A stretch of DNA of 64,000 nucleotides from the human T2T-CHM13v2.0 reference genome, Homo sapiens. Shown here piece after piece: positions 1 through 19,402 of this stretch (position 1 is its first letter; each line of letters starts with the position of its first letter). The notes under the pieces are model-generated. The model did no database searches. It was not told the DNA's origin and worked only from the letters and a program-made list of their open reading frames with translations. Location of the stretch: assembly GCF_009914755.1 (NCBI RefSeq), contig NC_060930.1. One strand, written 5' to 3'. The translations under genes were made by a program, and so were the position numbers.

Positions 1-1490
1 TCGATTCTTTTAAATTATTTCATTCTCTTTGTTAAATTTATCTGATAGAATTCTGAATTCCTTCTCTGTGTTATTTTGAATTTCTTTGTTTCCTCAAAAC
101 AGCTATTTTGAATTCTGTCTTTAAGGTCATATTTCTCTGTTTATTCAGGATTGGTCCCTGCTGACTTACATAGTTCATGTGGGGAGGTTGTGTTTTCCTG
201 GATGGTGCAGATGCTTGCAGATGTTCGTTGGTGTCTGCATTGGAGAATTAGGTATTTATTGTAGTCTTCACAATCTGGGCTTGTTTGTGCCCATCCTCCT
301 TGGGAAGGCTTCCCAGTTATTTGAAGGGACTTAGGCCCCAAGCCCAATAATGTAGTTGTTTTTGCAGACTCAGAAAGATCCCACCTTGGTGGTCCTGGAT
401 AAAATCCAGAAAAATTCTCTGGATTACCAGGCAGAGACTCTTCTTCTTTTCCCTTATTTTTTGCCAAACACATGGGTTTCTCACTCTGTGATGAGCCACT
501 TGGAATTGGGAGTGTGGTGATGCAAGCACCCCCGTGGCCATCACCACTGGGACTGCACTGGGTCAGACCTGAAGTCAGCACAGCACCGGGCCTTCCCAAG
601 ACCCTTCCCTTCAGGGCAGCGAGTTCCCCCAGGCCCTGGGCATGTCCAGAGATGCTGTCTGGGAGCCAGGGATAGCAATAAAAAACCTTAGCAATTTACT
701 TGATGTTCTAGTCTACTGTGGCTAAGCTGGCACTCAAACCACAATACAAAGTCCTTCTCACGTTTCCCTGCCCTTTCCACAGGGAGAGGAGCCTCTCCAT
801 GTGGCCACCACCACCACTGGTCCACAGTGGGTTCTGCCAGGCAACCGCTGATGTTCACCTAAAGCCCAAGGACTCATCTGTCAGCTTGTGGTGAATGTTA
901 CCAGGCCTGGGACTCACCCTTCAGGGCAGTGGGTACCCCTCTGGCCCAGGGCAGGTCCAGAAATGTCCAAGCGCCTAGGCTTGGACTTGGAGACTCCAGG
1001 AGCCTGCTTGTTGCTCTACCTCACTGTGGCCTAGGTGGTACCTAGGAGCACAGAGCACTTCAGCCCACGGTGGTGGAGCCTGCCGAGAAACTCAGGTTCC
1101 AGCCGTTGGGATGGGCAGTTCCCCCCTGGCTAGGGCTGGTGCAAATGTTCCCTCCATGCACAGGCACTGGCTGAGTCCAGCGCAGCTTTATTCTCTTCTG
1201 TGACATGGCAGCACTGAGTTCAGTGTGAAGTCCCCTAGTTGCTGTGCTCTCCCTTTCCCAAAGTGCACAGATCATCTCTCTGTTCCATATGGCTGCTGCC
1301 GGGGGTGGGAGAGGGGTGGCGTCAGTGATTCAAGACTGTCTCTCTGAGCCTCTTCAATGGCCCTTTTAGCGATATGAGGTTAAAACCAGGTACTGTGATC
1401 GCTTACCTGACTTTTGGTTCTTGTGACGGTGCTTTTTTGCAAGCAGACAGTTGTTAAAATTTGATGTTCCAGCAAGGGCATGAATTGTGC
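1..1490 (-). mobile_element. L1 (L1PB/L1MA-type) 5' UTR and start of ORF1
   Basis: Minus-strand translation 'DCEDYNKYLILQCRHQRTSASICTIQENTTSP' and GC-rich antisense 5'UTR text resemble older primate L1 5' ends. Confidence 0.75.
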
Positions 1491-1590
1491 TCTACCTTCT
1501 CTACTATAGATTTTTTAAAGTCTGCATAATTTTGCATTTTATGCATGTGCCATACTGTATTTGACCAGCCTTCAGCTGTTCAATGTGAGG

Positions 1591-2280
<690 letters not shown>

Positions 2281-2516
2281 GAGTTAACTTCATTAAAAAA
2301 ATTATAGACAGTAATTCACTGAACATTCTTACCATTAAGTCTTACTACACACCCTTGATTATTCCTTTAGAATAAACTTTTGGGAATAGAATCACTAGGT
2401 CAAAGGTCGTATGCCTATTTAAAACTTTGTTATTGAGAAAGCTTGTGCTAATTTTATTGACAGCAGTGGATGAGAGTGTCTCTGCTTCCTCAAGTTTTTA
2501 CCATCACTGGTTATTT

Positions 2517-2518
<2 letters not shown>

Positions 2519-2554
<36 letters not shown>

Positions 2555-2860
2555 CATATATATATATATATTTTTTTGAGATGGATTTTCGCTCCTGTTG
2601 CCCAGGCTGGAGTGCGATGCCATGATCTTGGCTCACTGAAACCTCCGCCTCCGGGGTTCAAGCAATTCTCCTGCCTCAGCTTCCCAAGTAGCTAGGATTA
2701 CAGGCACCCACCACCACCCCTGGCTAATTTTTGTATTTTTAGTAGCGATGAGGTTTCACCATGTTGGTCAGGCTGGTCTCGAACTCCTGACCTCAGGTGA
2801 TCCGTCCACCTAGGCCTCCCAAAGTGCTGGGATTACAGGTGTGAACCAGTGCTCCCGGCC
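2519..2860 (-). mobile_element. AluS with (TG)n(TA)n microsatellite tail
   Basis: Alu consensus; (tg)n then (ta)n run at the tail. Confidence 0.9.
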
Positions 2861-3399
2861 TGGTTATTATATTTTGAATTTTGCAAATGTTATAAGTGGA
2901 AATATCTCTTCTAAAAATAACAGATGGAAAAACTTTAAAAAAATCTTGTTGTAATTTGTATTTATTCCATGACAAATTTGGTTAAAACCTGTCATATTTA
3001 TTAATCATTTCTTTTGTCTTTAGACTTTTGATGTCTGTGTAAGGCAGGGTTTAGTTGGAGGTAACAGAAACCACTCTTCTTATTTTAAGGAGAAGGAGCT
3101 TTGTCAAAGGAAATTAGCTTTTTACAAAATCACTGAAAGGGCCGGAGGAACAGGATCTATGCTGGGCTTCCAAGAATGACTCTGAGAACAACACCCTAGA
3201 ACTAGTGGCTCAGGAAAGCTGCTACTTCTGCTCCAGGCAGCTTCATTCTAGATATTAGACTGTTCCTTGCTAGGTCTGCTAGAGCTTCACAGCAAAAACC
3301 AGTGCTCTGTGCCTGCTCCCAAGACACACTAAGCTACTAACTGTTATGGAATCTCTGCTACCATCACAACAGACAAACAACAACAAAAGTGAAAATAAA

Positions 3400-5720
3400 C
3401 CAAATGTAAAATACCTCAAAATCCTAGCTTAAATGTAACAAATACGTTTTTACATACTTAAAGCAGATCAGAAGAATACCAAGGAAATTCCCAGTGGTCA
3501 CAATGGAACGAAACTGGAGTTGTAAACTAATACTGAAGCCACTGCTGTGCCTAGGATATTTGTCAGTCTTGATGACCTGGATGCTTAACTGGCCATCTGT
3601 GCCTGGTAGATAATGCCTTGGCGGCAGTGAAGGGGTTGCAAATTAGGGATTTGAAACTGAGAACTCCACATAGTACCAAGACACTCAAAAAGCTACATCC
3701 TCAGGAAAAGAATGGATTGAATAAAAGAAACAAAATCTGACTTTTAGCAAAGAGAAATAACAAAAAAACTTATCTTTGCCTGTGCCCTGGGTGGAGAAAA
3801 AAAGCAGCTTCCATGGATGTGTAACTCCACATCTTTACTCTTAGGGGTTTTGGATCTGGGATTTGAGTCTACACCAAGTGGTTTTAGAAGTTAATTCTAT
3901 GATCCCGAGTTGGTTGCAATTCTGGACGTCTGACAGAAGCAATGCAGATCCTTCCTGGAAGGACATAGTCTCAACCTAGGCCTTATAGAATTCCCACAGA
4001 TAAGCCCTAGCTGAACATAAACTTTCACTCCAAATTAAAAAAGAATACATGAAGAAACAAGCTACCATAAGAGTCAGCAAGAACTCCTAAGAACTTAAGA
4101 TAATGGATTTATCAAATGTGTTATATAAAACAAATATACCTAAAATGTTTGATTACATTTAAAAATACAAGAAAAGAGCAAGAGATATTATATAATGTAA
4201 TCATATACATGCAAAAAATATACAAATTATAAGCATATAGCTTGATGGATTTTCACAATTGGAACACATCTAACTAGCACCCATAAAAAAACCCAAAACA
4301 TTACTAGCATCCCCAAGTCCCCTGCCCCCATGTTTCCTTCCAGTCATGACCCATACCCTTCACAAGAGTAAGTACTATCCTAACCTCTAATAATAGCACA
4401 GACCAGTTTTAGGCAGATTTTAAAAAGCACTAAATAGAACTTCTACGAAAAAAAAAATTTTAAAACCCCAACAAACCAATGAATGAATAGTAGATTTGAC
4501 ATAGCTAAAGAAAGAATTGATATGGAATTAACTGGATTAAAGCTGAAAAAATTTTCTAGAACACAGCATGGAGAGACAAAATGATGGGAAAATAGCAGGA
4601 GTTAAGAGACATGGAAGATAGAATGAGGGAATCTAACCTGCTTCTAATAAAAATTTCATAAGGAGAGAACAGAAAGAACAGGTAAAAGGTGATTTTCAGC
4701 AAGATAATGTCAGAGAGTTTTTCAGAATTGCTGAAAGTTACATATCCTTAGATTCAGAAGTAATAGCGAATCCCAAGCTGAATAAGTAAAACAAATGAAC
4801 ACCTTAACACATTATAGGGATACCGAGGTCACTGAAGTAAAAGAGAACTATGGGCAATCACAAGGAAGAGACAAATGACTTATGAAGGCACAACAGTAAG
4901 ATTAACAGCAGATTTCTCAACATTAACAATGGAAGCAAGAAGTCAGTGGAAGAGTAACATCTGCAAAATGCTGAGATGAAGAGATTTTCAGGTTGATTTT
5001 TGACAAGTCTACCTGTATGCTATTTATAAGAGATAACAAAATGATGAAAGAGGATGAAAAAATATATACCAGGCAAGTAGATAGGAAGACACAATTTCAT
5101 AAAGATATCAGTTCTCTAAATCAATCTGAATTCAATTGCAATTGAATTGCAATTCTAATTAAAATTCAAACAGGATTTTTCTTGGACCTTGACAAGCTGG
5201 TTTTACATTTCAGTAGAAAAACATAGGCAAGAATACCTAGTTTCGAAGAAGCACAACGTTTGGGTTTACTCTACCAGGTGTAACTACTTATTATAAAGGT
5301 CTAATAATTCAGAGTGGTACTGATGAAGGCACAGAAAAATAGATAAAAGGTTTAGAGCAGAAAGCACAGAAAAGTGCCCATGCCTGTATAGAAATTGACA
5401 AACATCAGAGGGTCATGGAAGATCAGTGGGGAAAGAATGGTGTCCAGATTATTGGTTTTTCATCTGGGAAAAAAAATAAGGCTGAATGTTCACATTATAA
5501 ACAAAAATCAATTCCAGGGTCGGCTGAAGATCTAAACAGGAAAGAGAAAAGTTTCCAACTTTTAGAAGAAAATGCTTATGACCTTAGGTTAGGGAAAGAT
5601 TTCTTATAAGTCACAAAAAGTATAAATAACAATTAGATTGATAACCTCACTGATATTAAATTTTAAAACTGTGCTCAAAAGACACAAAGAGTAAAAAAAT
5701 AAGCTATCGACTCCGAGAAG
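3400..5720 (+). mobile_element. Ancient L1M fragments (ORF1/ORF2 remnants)
   Basis: A-rich degraded L1 text, e.g. 'attaacagcagatttctcaacattaacaatggaagcaagaagtcagtgg' and 'ggttagggaaagatttctta'. Confidence 0.65.
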
Positions 5721-5723
5721 GTA

Positions 5724-6141
5724 TCATATAGTTTGAATGTCTTTTTCCCACCAAATCTCAGGTTGAAATGCGATTCCTATGTTGGAGGTGGGGCCTGGTG
5801 GGAGGTGACTGGATCATGGGGGCGGTTCTCTCGTGAATGGTTTAGCATCATCCTCTTGGTGATAAGTGAGTTCTCACTCTGAGTTCATGTGAGATCTGGT
5901 TGTTTAAGAGTGTTGAACCCACCCCCACCATTTTTCTTGCTCCTGCTCTTGCCATGTGATATTGCCTGCTCCTCCTTCACCTTCCGCCATGACTGTAAGC
6001 TTCCTGAGGCCTCACCAGAAGCTGAGCAGATGTTGGTGCCATGCATGTATAGCCTGCAAAACCATTGGCCCAGACACACTTCTTTTCTTTATAAATCACC
6101 CAGTCTCAGGTGTTCTTAAAAGAACAAATGGACTAACACAA
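5724..6141 (+). mobile_element. MSTA/MSTB-type MaLR solo LTR
   Basis: 'ccaccaaatctcaggttgaaatg...gcttcctgaggcctcaccagaagctgagcagatg...ggactaacaca'. Confidence 0.85.
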
Positions 6142-6408
6142 GATATATGCAACATATTTTGCCCATTAAATATTAGTAGTAGATTTTATAAAGTATCCAA
6201 AATATATGGAGACCTACTATTAAAAAGACAAACAACCCGATAGGAAAGACAGGCAATTCGCTAAAGGAAAAACCAAAATAGTAAATCAACATAGAAAAAG
6301 TTACTAGTAATCAGGAAAATGGACATTAAAACCATAGTGAAATACCGTTTCACACCCTTCAGCTTGGCTAAAATTTTAAATCTGATGATAATAAATATAA
6401 TTTACAAG

Positions 6409-6948
6409 CTGTTGGAATCCCAGAACACTTTAAGCATTGAGAGAGATGTGACTGTGATCTGAGTCATATATGATTACAACGTCTGTTTCTCAGATTATAG
6501 ATTAACTTACTTTCTTATTTTTCTTGTTCTGTACAATAACTAGAGAGAATTAAATAACACCAGGGACAACAACCTCCTGTCTTCCTAATTAATGGCCTTT
6601 GTTATTGATTAACATCCCCTTTGTTGTCCTGCCTTGCTGATCGCAGATGACAAAACCCATCGCTATTATACCCTTTATTTTAAAAAATGCTAAATGTAGC
6701 CTTCCCACAAACACTGCCTATCATCAGTCAAATTGCTATAACTATGTACCAACCTTGTATGAAAAATGTTCTAATCTTGCTAAAAGCTACCCTGTCTCTC
6801 CCTGTATAAATGAAACCTTAACTTCCCTACTTTGAACTGCCAACTCCATTCCTTGGAGTTGGTTTCCTGGTGGACTATTCTCAAACTTTGCATTTGAATA
6901 CACTCCTTTAAAATTAGATTCTGACCCTTTTGATTATTTCAGGTTGAC
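6409..6948 (+). mobile_element. ERV1 solo LTR (MER34-like)
   Basis: TG...CA termini, ending 'ttagattctgacccttttgattatttcaggttgaca'. Confidence 0.6.
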
Positions 6949-7153
6949 AGTACCAACAATTGATGTGGCTATGAAGCAATTTACAGTAATGATAATATAA
7001 ATTGGTAATCACTTGGTAGAATAAGTTGAAAATATCTAATAAAGTTGACAATACACATACGATAAGATGCAGTAATTCCCTTTTAGGTACGCACTGCAGA
7101 CAAGCCCTTGCACATGGCAGGAGATATGTCAAAGAATATTTAATGTATCATTC

Positions 7154-7829
7154 TGATACAGGAGCTAAAAAGAAATTATTTAGGCAGATAGTGAGGCTAA
7201 AGGAGTCCTTGGCAAGGCTGCCTTTTAAACAAAAAGCAGCCCCCAAATCATTTCTTTTCTAACAAAGAGCAGCCTATAAAATCAAGCTGCAAACATAGAT
7301 AAGCAAGCTGGAAGCTTGCATGGGTGAATGCTGGCAGCTGTGCCAACAGGAAAAGGCTACCTGGGGACCAGGTATATTCAATATGGAGACTCCATCTTCC
7401 CTTTTCTTTGTCACCACGTGTGCAGTAAAGAAGCAGGCAACATGGCACCGGCCAGGTGGAGACCCCACCTGCATAGTAAAAGATTAGGGTGGGGCGGCCA
7501 GCTTCTTTGCACGCTATGCAAATGGCACACCCAGTCCTAACCAGTTCTTCGTGCTGTATGCAAATGGCACAACTGGTTTGACCAATCTTTCGTGCCCTAG
7601 CTAAATCAGACACTGCCTCCTCAAGCTTATCTATAAAACCTCCTGCGCTTCACTGTGGACCTGAAGACCCGCTCAGGACCCCCTCTATCTGCCCGAGAGA
7701 GCATTTCTCTTTCTTTCGCCTATTAAACCACCACTGTTAACTTCACTCCTTGTGTGTCTGCATCCTTGATTTCCTTGGCGTGGGACAACGAAGCCTCGGG
7801 TATTACCCCAGATGAATGACACCACGTGA
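7154..7829 (+). mobile_element. ERV1 solo LTR (MER50-like)
   Basis: Starts 'tgatacaggagctaaaaagaaattatttaggcag'; 4-bp TSD attc at 7150-7153 and 7830-7833. Confidence 0.7.
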
Positions 7830-8421
7830 ATTCTTTTATAGTAGGAAATTGGAAACAAAATGTCCATTATCAGGAGAATGAATAAATAAATTGTTGTCTA
7901 TATAATGGAATGCTAAATAGCAATGAAAGTGAATGAGCTAGAGCTGTGGTTGTCAACATGGATAATTCACACAATGTTGAATGGTAAATGTGAACTTCAG
8001 AAGTACACATGTGGTATACTTGTACTGGTCCTAGACTGGTGCAAATGGGGCCCCTGTCATGGGTCCCACATCTCAGGAGCTAGGGCAGAGCTTGGACAGA
8101 GACCCAGATGACTAGCTTTCCTCTCCACCCTTTGCACAGCTCCTGAGGTTGACCAGATGCCCCTAGCAGCTCTGGGCTGCACCTTTGTGTCCAAGTCTTG
8201 GTTCCAGGAAGAACTCTGAGCAGATTGCTCCTGTTGGCTGGTGCAGTTGGCTGGTGTTCCTGTTGGCAGGTGGCATAGCACAAGATTGGGCTGCCAGAAT
8301 GGTACTAATATGCTGGTTTGGGCAACTCAAATTGTTTATATAGACAGACGCCCCCACAAAAAATACTTGCTTATGATTCCACACACCTTTGGGCATATAA
8401 AGCTTAAAAATGTGCAGTATA

Positions 8422-9264
8422 GGCCAGGCATGGTGGCTCACACCTGTACTCCCAGCACTTTGGGAGGCCGAGGTGGGCAGATTGTGAGGTCAAGAGATCG
8501 AGACCAGGCCAGGTGTGGTGGCTCACCCCTGTAATCCCAGCCCTTTGGGAGGCCAAAACGGGCGGATCACAAGGTCAGGAGATCGAGACCATCCTGGCTA
8601 ACACAGTGAAACCTGTCTCCACTAAAAAAATACAAAAATTAGCCAGGTGTGGTGGTGGGTGCCTGTAGTCCCAGCTACTCAGGAGGCTGAGGCAGGAGAA
8701 GGGCATGAACCCAGGAGGCGGAGCTTGCAGTGAGCCGAGATGGAGCCACTGTACTCCAGCCTGGGCAACAAAGCGAGACTCCATCTCAAAAAAAAAAAAA
8801 AAAAAAAAAAAAGTCCAGGCGCGGTGGCTCATGCCTGTAATCCCAGCACTTTGGGAGGCCGAGACAGGTGGATCACAAGGTCAGGAGTTCAAGACCAGCC
8901 TGGCTAAGATGGTGAAACCCCATCTCTACTAAAAATACAAAAATTAGCCAGGCATGGCGGCAGGCGCCTATAATCCAGCTACTCAGGAGGCAGAGACAGG
9001 AGAATTGCTTGAACCCGGGCAGCAGAGGTTTCAGTGAGCCGAGATTGCGCCACTGCACTCCAGCCTGGGTGACAGAGTGAGCCTCCCGAGTAGCTGGGAC
9101 TACAGGCACCCGCCACCACACCGGGCTAATGTGTTTTTGTATTTTTAGTAGAGACGGGGTTTCACCGTGTTAGCCAGGATGGTCTCGATCTCCTGACCTC
9201 CTGATCCGCCCGCCTTGGCATCCCAAAGTGCTGGGATTCCAGGCGTGAGCCACCGCGCCCGGCC
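8422..9264. mobile_element. Alu cluster: three plus-strand Alus/fragments (8422-8505, 8507-8812, 8813-9080) fused to an inverted Alu fragment (9081-9264)
   Basis: Alu consensus; orientation switches at 9080/9081. Confidence 0.9.
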
Positions 9265-12200
9265 TATCATGTTTTATTTCTTAAGCTGGGTAGTGGGGGA
9301 GTAAAAGGTGCTGATTGTGTTATTTTTTATGCCTTTGTGTATTATTTGATTTTTTTTTCTTTTTTTTTTAAGAGGAAGAAGTGAAGATAAGAAACCACTC
9401 GAAGCCGGTGTCTGGTGCTGGGACCGTGGTGGCTGGGACGGCAGCAGTCGTGCTGTCCATCTGCTCTTCCGAGGGGTGGCACATCCTAGCCTCTATCTTT
9501 TCCCCAGAGAAGATCCCCCTCGTCTGCTCTTCCCCCGTCTCAGCCTTTTAGTGTGTGAACAGTTCTGGTGTTACTCAGCAACGCTTTTGTTAGCGCCTTT
9601 ACCAGCAAGTACTTGTTAAACACTTAAATCTTACAAGTGGAAAGAAAATTCCGTGGTAAATTTAAGTACAAAAGTCAACCAAAATTCTGAGTCTCGGACA
9701 AGACTGGTTAAAAATCGTTCTACAATGAAACTAATAAATTAAATCATATAAAACTTTTATTGCTTTGCAAGGAAGCTTTAGTATTAAATGTAAGCATTTT
9801 CATCTGGTGATTCTTCCCAGTCTCCTGTGGTAATAATACCTGGACAGGGAAGAAATCTTTTGAGATAACTAAACTATACTGGGAAATGGGCCCCTTGCTA
9901 AGTTTCCTGTGGCAGTGACACCCCCTCTGTTGCAAATATTTTCTCCGATGCGTGGTTTCAGTTCCAAGCCAAACCCGTTCTACAGCGTGCTTTGTACCTT
10001 TCCAGAGACTGATCGGTATCAGCTTGCCAGGGCTTTAAACCCCATTCATTCTTTCATTACTTAAAAGCCTCTTTCTTTGGAAAACCTTTGAGTGAAGCAT
10101 AAAATTAGCATCTAAAAAGACATAGCAGCAACTGAACCCAGGAACGTCAGGGAATATGTGACCACCAGCACCATTATTGACCTTCCTAAGTGCAGTTTGA
10201 TGGGGGAAGGGGCTATGCAGGTGGAAAAAGGTGGCCGAGAGGTGGAGGTCCCCCGGCAGGGGCAGTCGCCTCTCTGGCCTGAGCCAGAAACTCCCAATTC
10301 TCATGGGTGGCTGATGAGAGAACCCCTCCCCTCCTTTGTATTTAATCCTTTCTCTAACTCACTTCTAAGCTGACATCAGAAAATCTTTGAAGAAAAGCAC
10401 AGGGGAGGCCTATTTCAGTGACTTTCACTTCTCTAAATGTTTGTTCTTTTCAGTTAGTTGTAAAATATGTTTGAATAATATTTTCAATTCTCTTTCACCA
10501 CTGTTCTACAAAATGTGAGCCTGTAGGCATTGTTTTTTTTAAATGAAAAAGAAAAGATTGATTTTAGGAATCACATTCAAAGTGTTTGATGAATCAGGGC
10601 TCAGCTTAGCATTCAAGAACATGGCTGGGAAGTTTCCACTTTGTTTTCGCCCTAGATTCGTCTTTAAATCTTTTGTCTCCTATATTTTTCCAGCTCTGTG
10701 GACTTCTTTGAAGAGAAGAGGGCTATGAGGATTGAAGAAAGAAAGGCTTTTATCCAGTAATTTGTAATGATCCCATTGGATGATTATGGAATATTTTTTG
10801 TATACGTAACCCCTCAGGGAAAATCTGAGCCTATCTCTACCCTTAAAAACTCTGGTAGCCTGATGGCGGGTGGCGGGGAGAGAAGAAATCCTGTTTCTCC
10901 TTTCCCTGATTTTGTCCCCAAACTACATCTTGCTTTGAAAGTAGAGGAGTTGGAAGGAGAGGAGTTAGTCTCTCATGGGGCCCCTGGAAGGCAGATAGCT
11001 GCCAATCTTTGTGTGCATTTTGTCAAGAATGGCTGCCTTCTAAAAACAAACCAACTCTCCTCGATGCCTCAGGTCAGGGATCTGGGAGAGACTGGATTGT
11101 ATAAAAGATGTTTCCAAGGCAAAAAAGCATTGCTCTCTTGGGGCATTTACAGAGGATGTCATCAGTGGGCACTTGGAAGTTCTAGAAGTCATGTGGGGTG
11201 CTGGTGTCTGCAGTTCCTGGTGTGCTCAGGACATTCTGTGTCTGCATAGAGGGTTGCTGCCCTATGGCTGGCCAGCTCATACCTGCACAATTACTTCCAG
11301 CACCTTGGCAGGCAGGAAAGGGACTACAAATATACCAACAGGGTAGGCGTTTGCTCTGGGGAAGAGGCTGATTTGGGGTGAATAGTTCATACCACAGGAA
11401 GCCCGCTGTGTGTGGTGGGCAGGTGACATTTGGACTGGGCTCCTGGTGGCTTTTGGCTCTCTTCCAGTTTGGCCTAACAATGAAATTACACGTTGAAGGG
11501 GTTTGTTACTGTTGATCTTTATTCCACAGCCTGGCTTCTTGGTAAAGGCATCCATGTTGTCCGTGTCTACATTTCCTCATCTCCCATTAATTCCCCACCA
11601 GCCCACAGTTTGCTTTCAGCCTTCACAGCTCCTGGGAAATGTCTCCCCATCTGTTGCCATCCTGGGGCCCCTCCCGAGGCTTAGTCTCCTTCCTCTTCTG
11701 CCCAGAGCTCAGCCCCTTGGCTGCTTTGCCACCTCCCTCCTCTAAAGTCACCCACTTTGGGAGCTTCTCATTTTTCTGTCTCCTTTGCCCTTTCCTTATG
11801 TTTAGTTGTTCCCAGACTCCTGGGACTTAAGTTCAAACCCCAACTCTACCATTTATTACCACTGAGGCCTGGGCAGGTCATATAACTTGCTTCAACCTTA
11901 GATTCCTTCCCTGTGAAATGGGGATAATATAGTACATACCTCATGTGGGGGAAGATGCAAAGAGACAATACTTATAAAGTGATTTACATGGAGCTTCTTA
12001 TGGGGAAAGTACTTACTAGATGCTAGTTAACATCACTGTTACTCCTTTCTCACTCTGCCCACTGTCCACCCACTACAGCCAGAGGCCTTAACAGCTTCCA
12101 TTCTTTGAAAGGTTGCCCTCTAGCCTAGCCCTTCCTCCTCAGTCTACACCCCAGGATGCTGGGTATCTCCAGCACCATAAATATTGCAGAGCAGTGAGTA

Positions 12201-12508
12201 ATACCTGTTGGGTTCACTGAACCCACTTCATAGGCCCCACTCCCTGTGCTCAGTGAGCAATAAGTCCTCTCGTAGATTCCACACTGTTAAATAGAAGAAA
12301 TAATGCTGATCATGGCTGTGCACTTTGTTCACTATGCAAAGGTACTTGGGAGAGCACCGCTGGCTGGAGAGTATATGGTAGCTGGGGGACCCAGGAAGAA
12401 GGTCTTTCTCTATCTCAAGCCTTCTTTGAAATTCAGATATGTTGGAAGACTTCCTAGTGTCTTTCAGGGCTGCGAAGTTACCCAACAACCTTTAATTGTG
12501 TGCATTGC

Positions 12509-13010
<502 letters not shown>

Positions 13011-13493
13011 ATTCTAATATTTTTCTATAATGCGAGATACAACCTCCCACCCGTGATTGTCGTGATATAAATATAAACATATTTGGTATGGAACCCAGGC
13101 CTGAAACCTAGGCTCACCATTATTGTGTCACCTTGTACTGTGACTGCCACCCCTCGAGCTGGCCCCTGCCGCACAAGTCACATGACCTCTGTGCAGAGGG
13201 CAGAATCTGCTGGTTCCTCCTGAGTGTCAAACTCCTAGTCCCCTGTCTCCTTGGGGCCAGCTCCCTTCTTTTTGCTGTTGGGACTGACCGACCGCCCATC
13301 ACAGCTTCCAGCGCTGCTGCTCAGAGCCCCTCCCCGTGCTCTAAGGAGCTGCCCCTCTCCTGGCATTCTCCTCTCTTCCCTTCAGTCTCCTTGAAGTGTG
13401 GAGAAAGAGGCAGGCATTTTACAGCCATTTACAGCCAGGCACAGTCCTTCTAGCCCGTTGGAGAGAGGCCTGTCTGTGAGGAGGGGAGGTCTG

Positions 13494-14272
<779 letters not shown>

Positions 14273-15246
14273 TGTGGGTGGACCACTGCTGCAGGCCATG
14301 TGAGATGGGAAAGCTGGGGGCCCATATCCAGCTTTCCCTGCTTTCCCATTGGGGGGCTCCATGTGGATGTAACAACAGGAGAAGCTACAGGCACGTCATG
14401 ATTTCCCTTGTTCTTTGGGAAATCTGAAAGAATGAATCCTTTCCTAATCCCAGAAAGGCAGCCAACCTTTGAGACCTTGAGGGTAGACTGCAAAGTTCAC
14501 ATCTCACAGGGGTCAGGTAGGTTATGTAAATTTGTAAAGTGTTCCCGGTGCTACGAAAGGGAGGAGTGGAGACTGTGGCAAAGCAGAGAACACATGTCCC
14601 ATGGAACGCTGTCGGTCGGCTCCAACCAGTTACGGCTTCTGGGACTGTGGGCCTGGTCTTGCCAGTGCACCTGAAGACAGGAAGCTGGGTTTTTACATGA
14701 AAATTCGATTTTGTAAAGTGTTGGCAAGTAGTAAAAATAGAGTATGGTCAAAACAACTCAGAATTTTGCCTTCAGGCATCTGGTTTGTAATATCTGGGCT
14801 AGAGTCTCATTATCCCTCTTGTTGAGGGAGGGAAGTTATTAGGACCGCCAGTGGGAAGGAAGGAGGCTGCTCACTGGCAGGAAGAGGGAAGTGGTGCAAC
14901 CTGGAGTCAAGGTGGATGGCTTAGGTTTAGGCCTTTGGGGGATTTCCTTGGGGCGGGGGGTGGGACGGTGCACTGTGTGCCTGCAGTGTCTTCAGTGGGC
15001 ACCTGAGTTGCCCCTGGAGAGCTGCCAGCCCCACCTGAAAGCCTGGACTTCTTGGCTCAGATCTTCATGTGAGGCTCAGCCAGGAAGAAGGGGTGCCACC
15101 CACCTTTGTGAGGCCACATGAGTTATGCCAGCAACCCCAGATCCATAGGACCTTCCTCCAGTTGGACTTCTGTGGACTGCACAGGCCCAGGAGTTCCTAC
15201 ATGAGCCCAAGGGGTGTGGAGAGTGCAATCCCCAAAACATGGCTCA

Positions 15247-18858
<3,612 letters not shown>

Positions 18859-19402
18859 CCGGGAAAAACTTTTTACTTCATGAAGATGAAATATTGGACC
18901 CAAATTTCTGTCTTCAGTGAGGATTTCTTTGGAGAATCCTTGGCCATATTTAGCTTTAATTCAGGCGGTGCTGGACTCACGACTCAGTGTGTGCATTGGA
19001 GTTCTCTCTGCAGTGCTGGCTTTCTGAGGAAAGGGTATGACCGCAAACATTTTTTCAGGATATCAGAACTGCCTTCCTACCGACCCTTTGGGGCTAGCAA
19101 GAAGTGAAGCCATTTGGATGACTATTCAGGGCGCTAAACAGCCTGTCTGCTTCATATTGCTAAAAGAATCCAACACTCATCTTTTCTCACCTAGGAGCTG
19201 CATACAATTTCAGCAACTGCAAGGGATCCAGACCAGCTCTAATAATCACCACTTCTATATACCTAGTGGTTAGAATAGGCTCTTTTCCAAGTGCTTTATG
19301 CCTATTAATTTATTTACTCCTCATGAAAGCCCTGAGAGGAAGGTGCTGTCACTAAAGCCCACACCACTGCGGGAACACAGGCATCCAGAGGCCAGGCAAC
19401 TG

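Noticed and set aside
10767-11249. 160-aa non-repeat ORF
   Set aside because: No recognisable domain or exon structure; length is compatible with chance.
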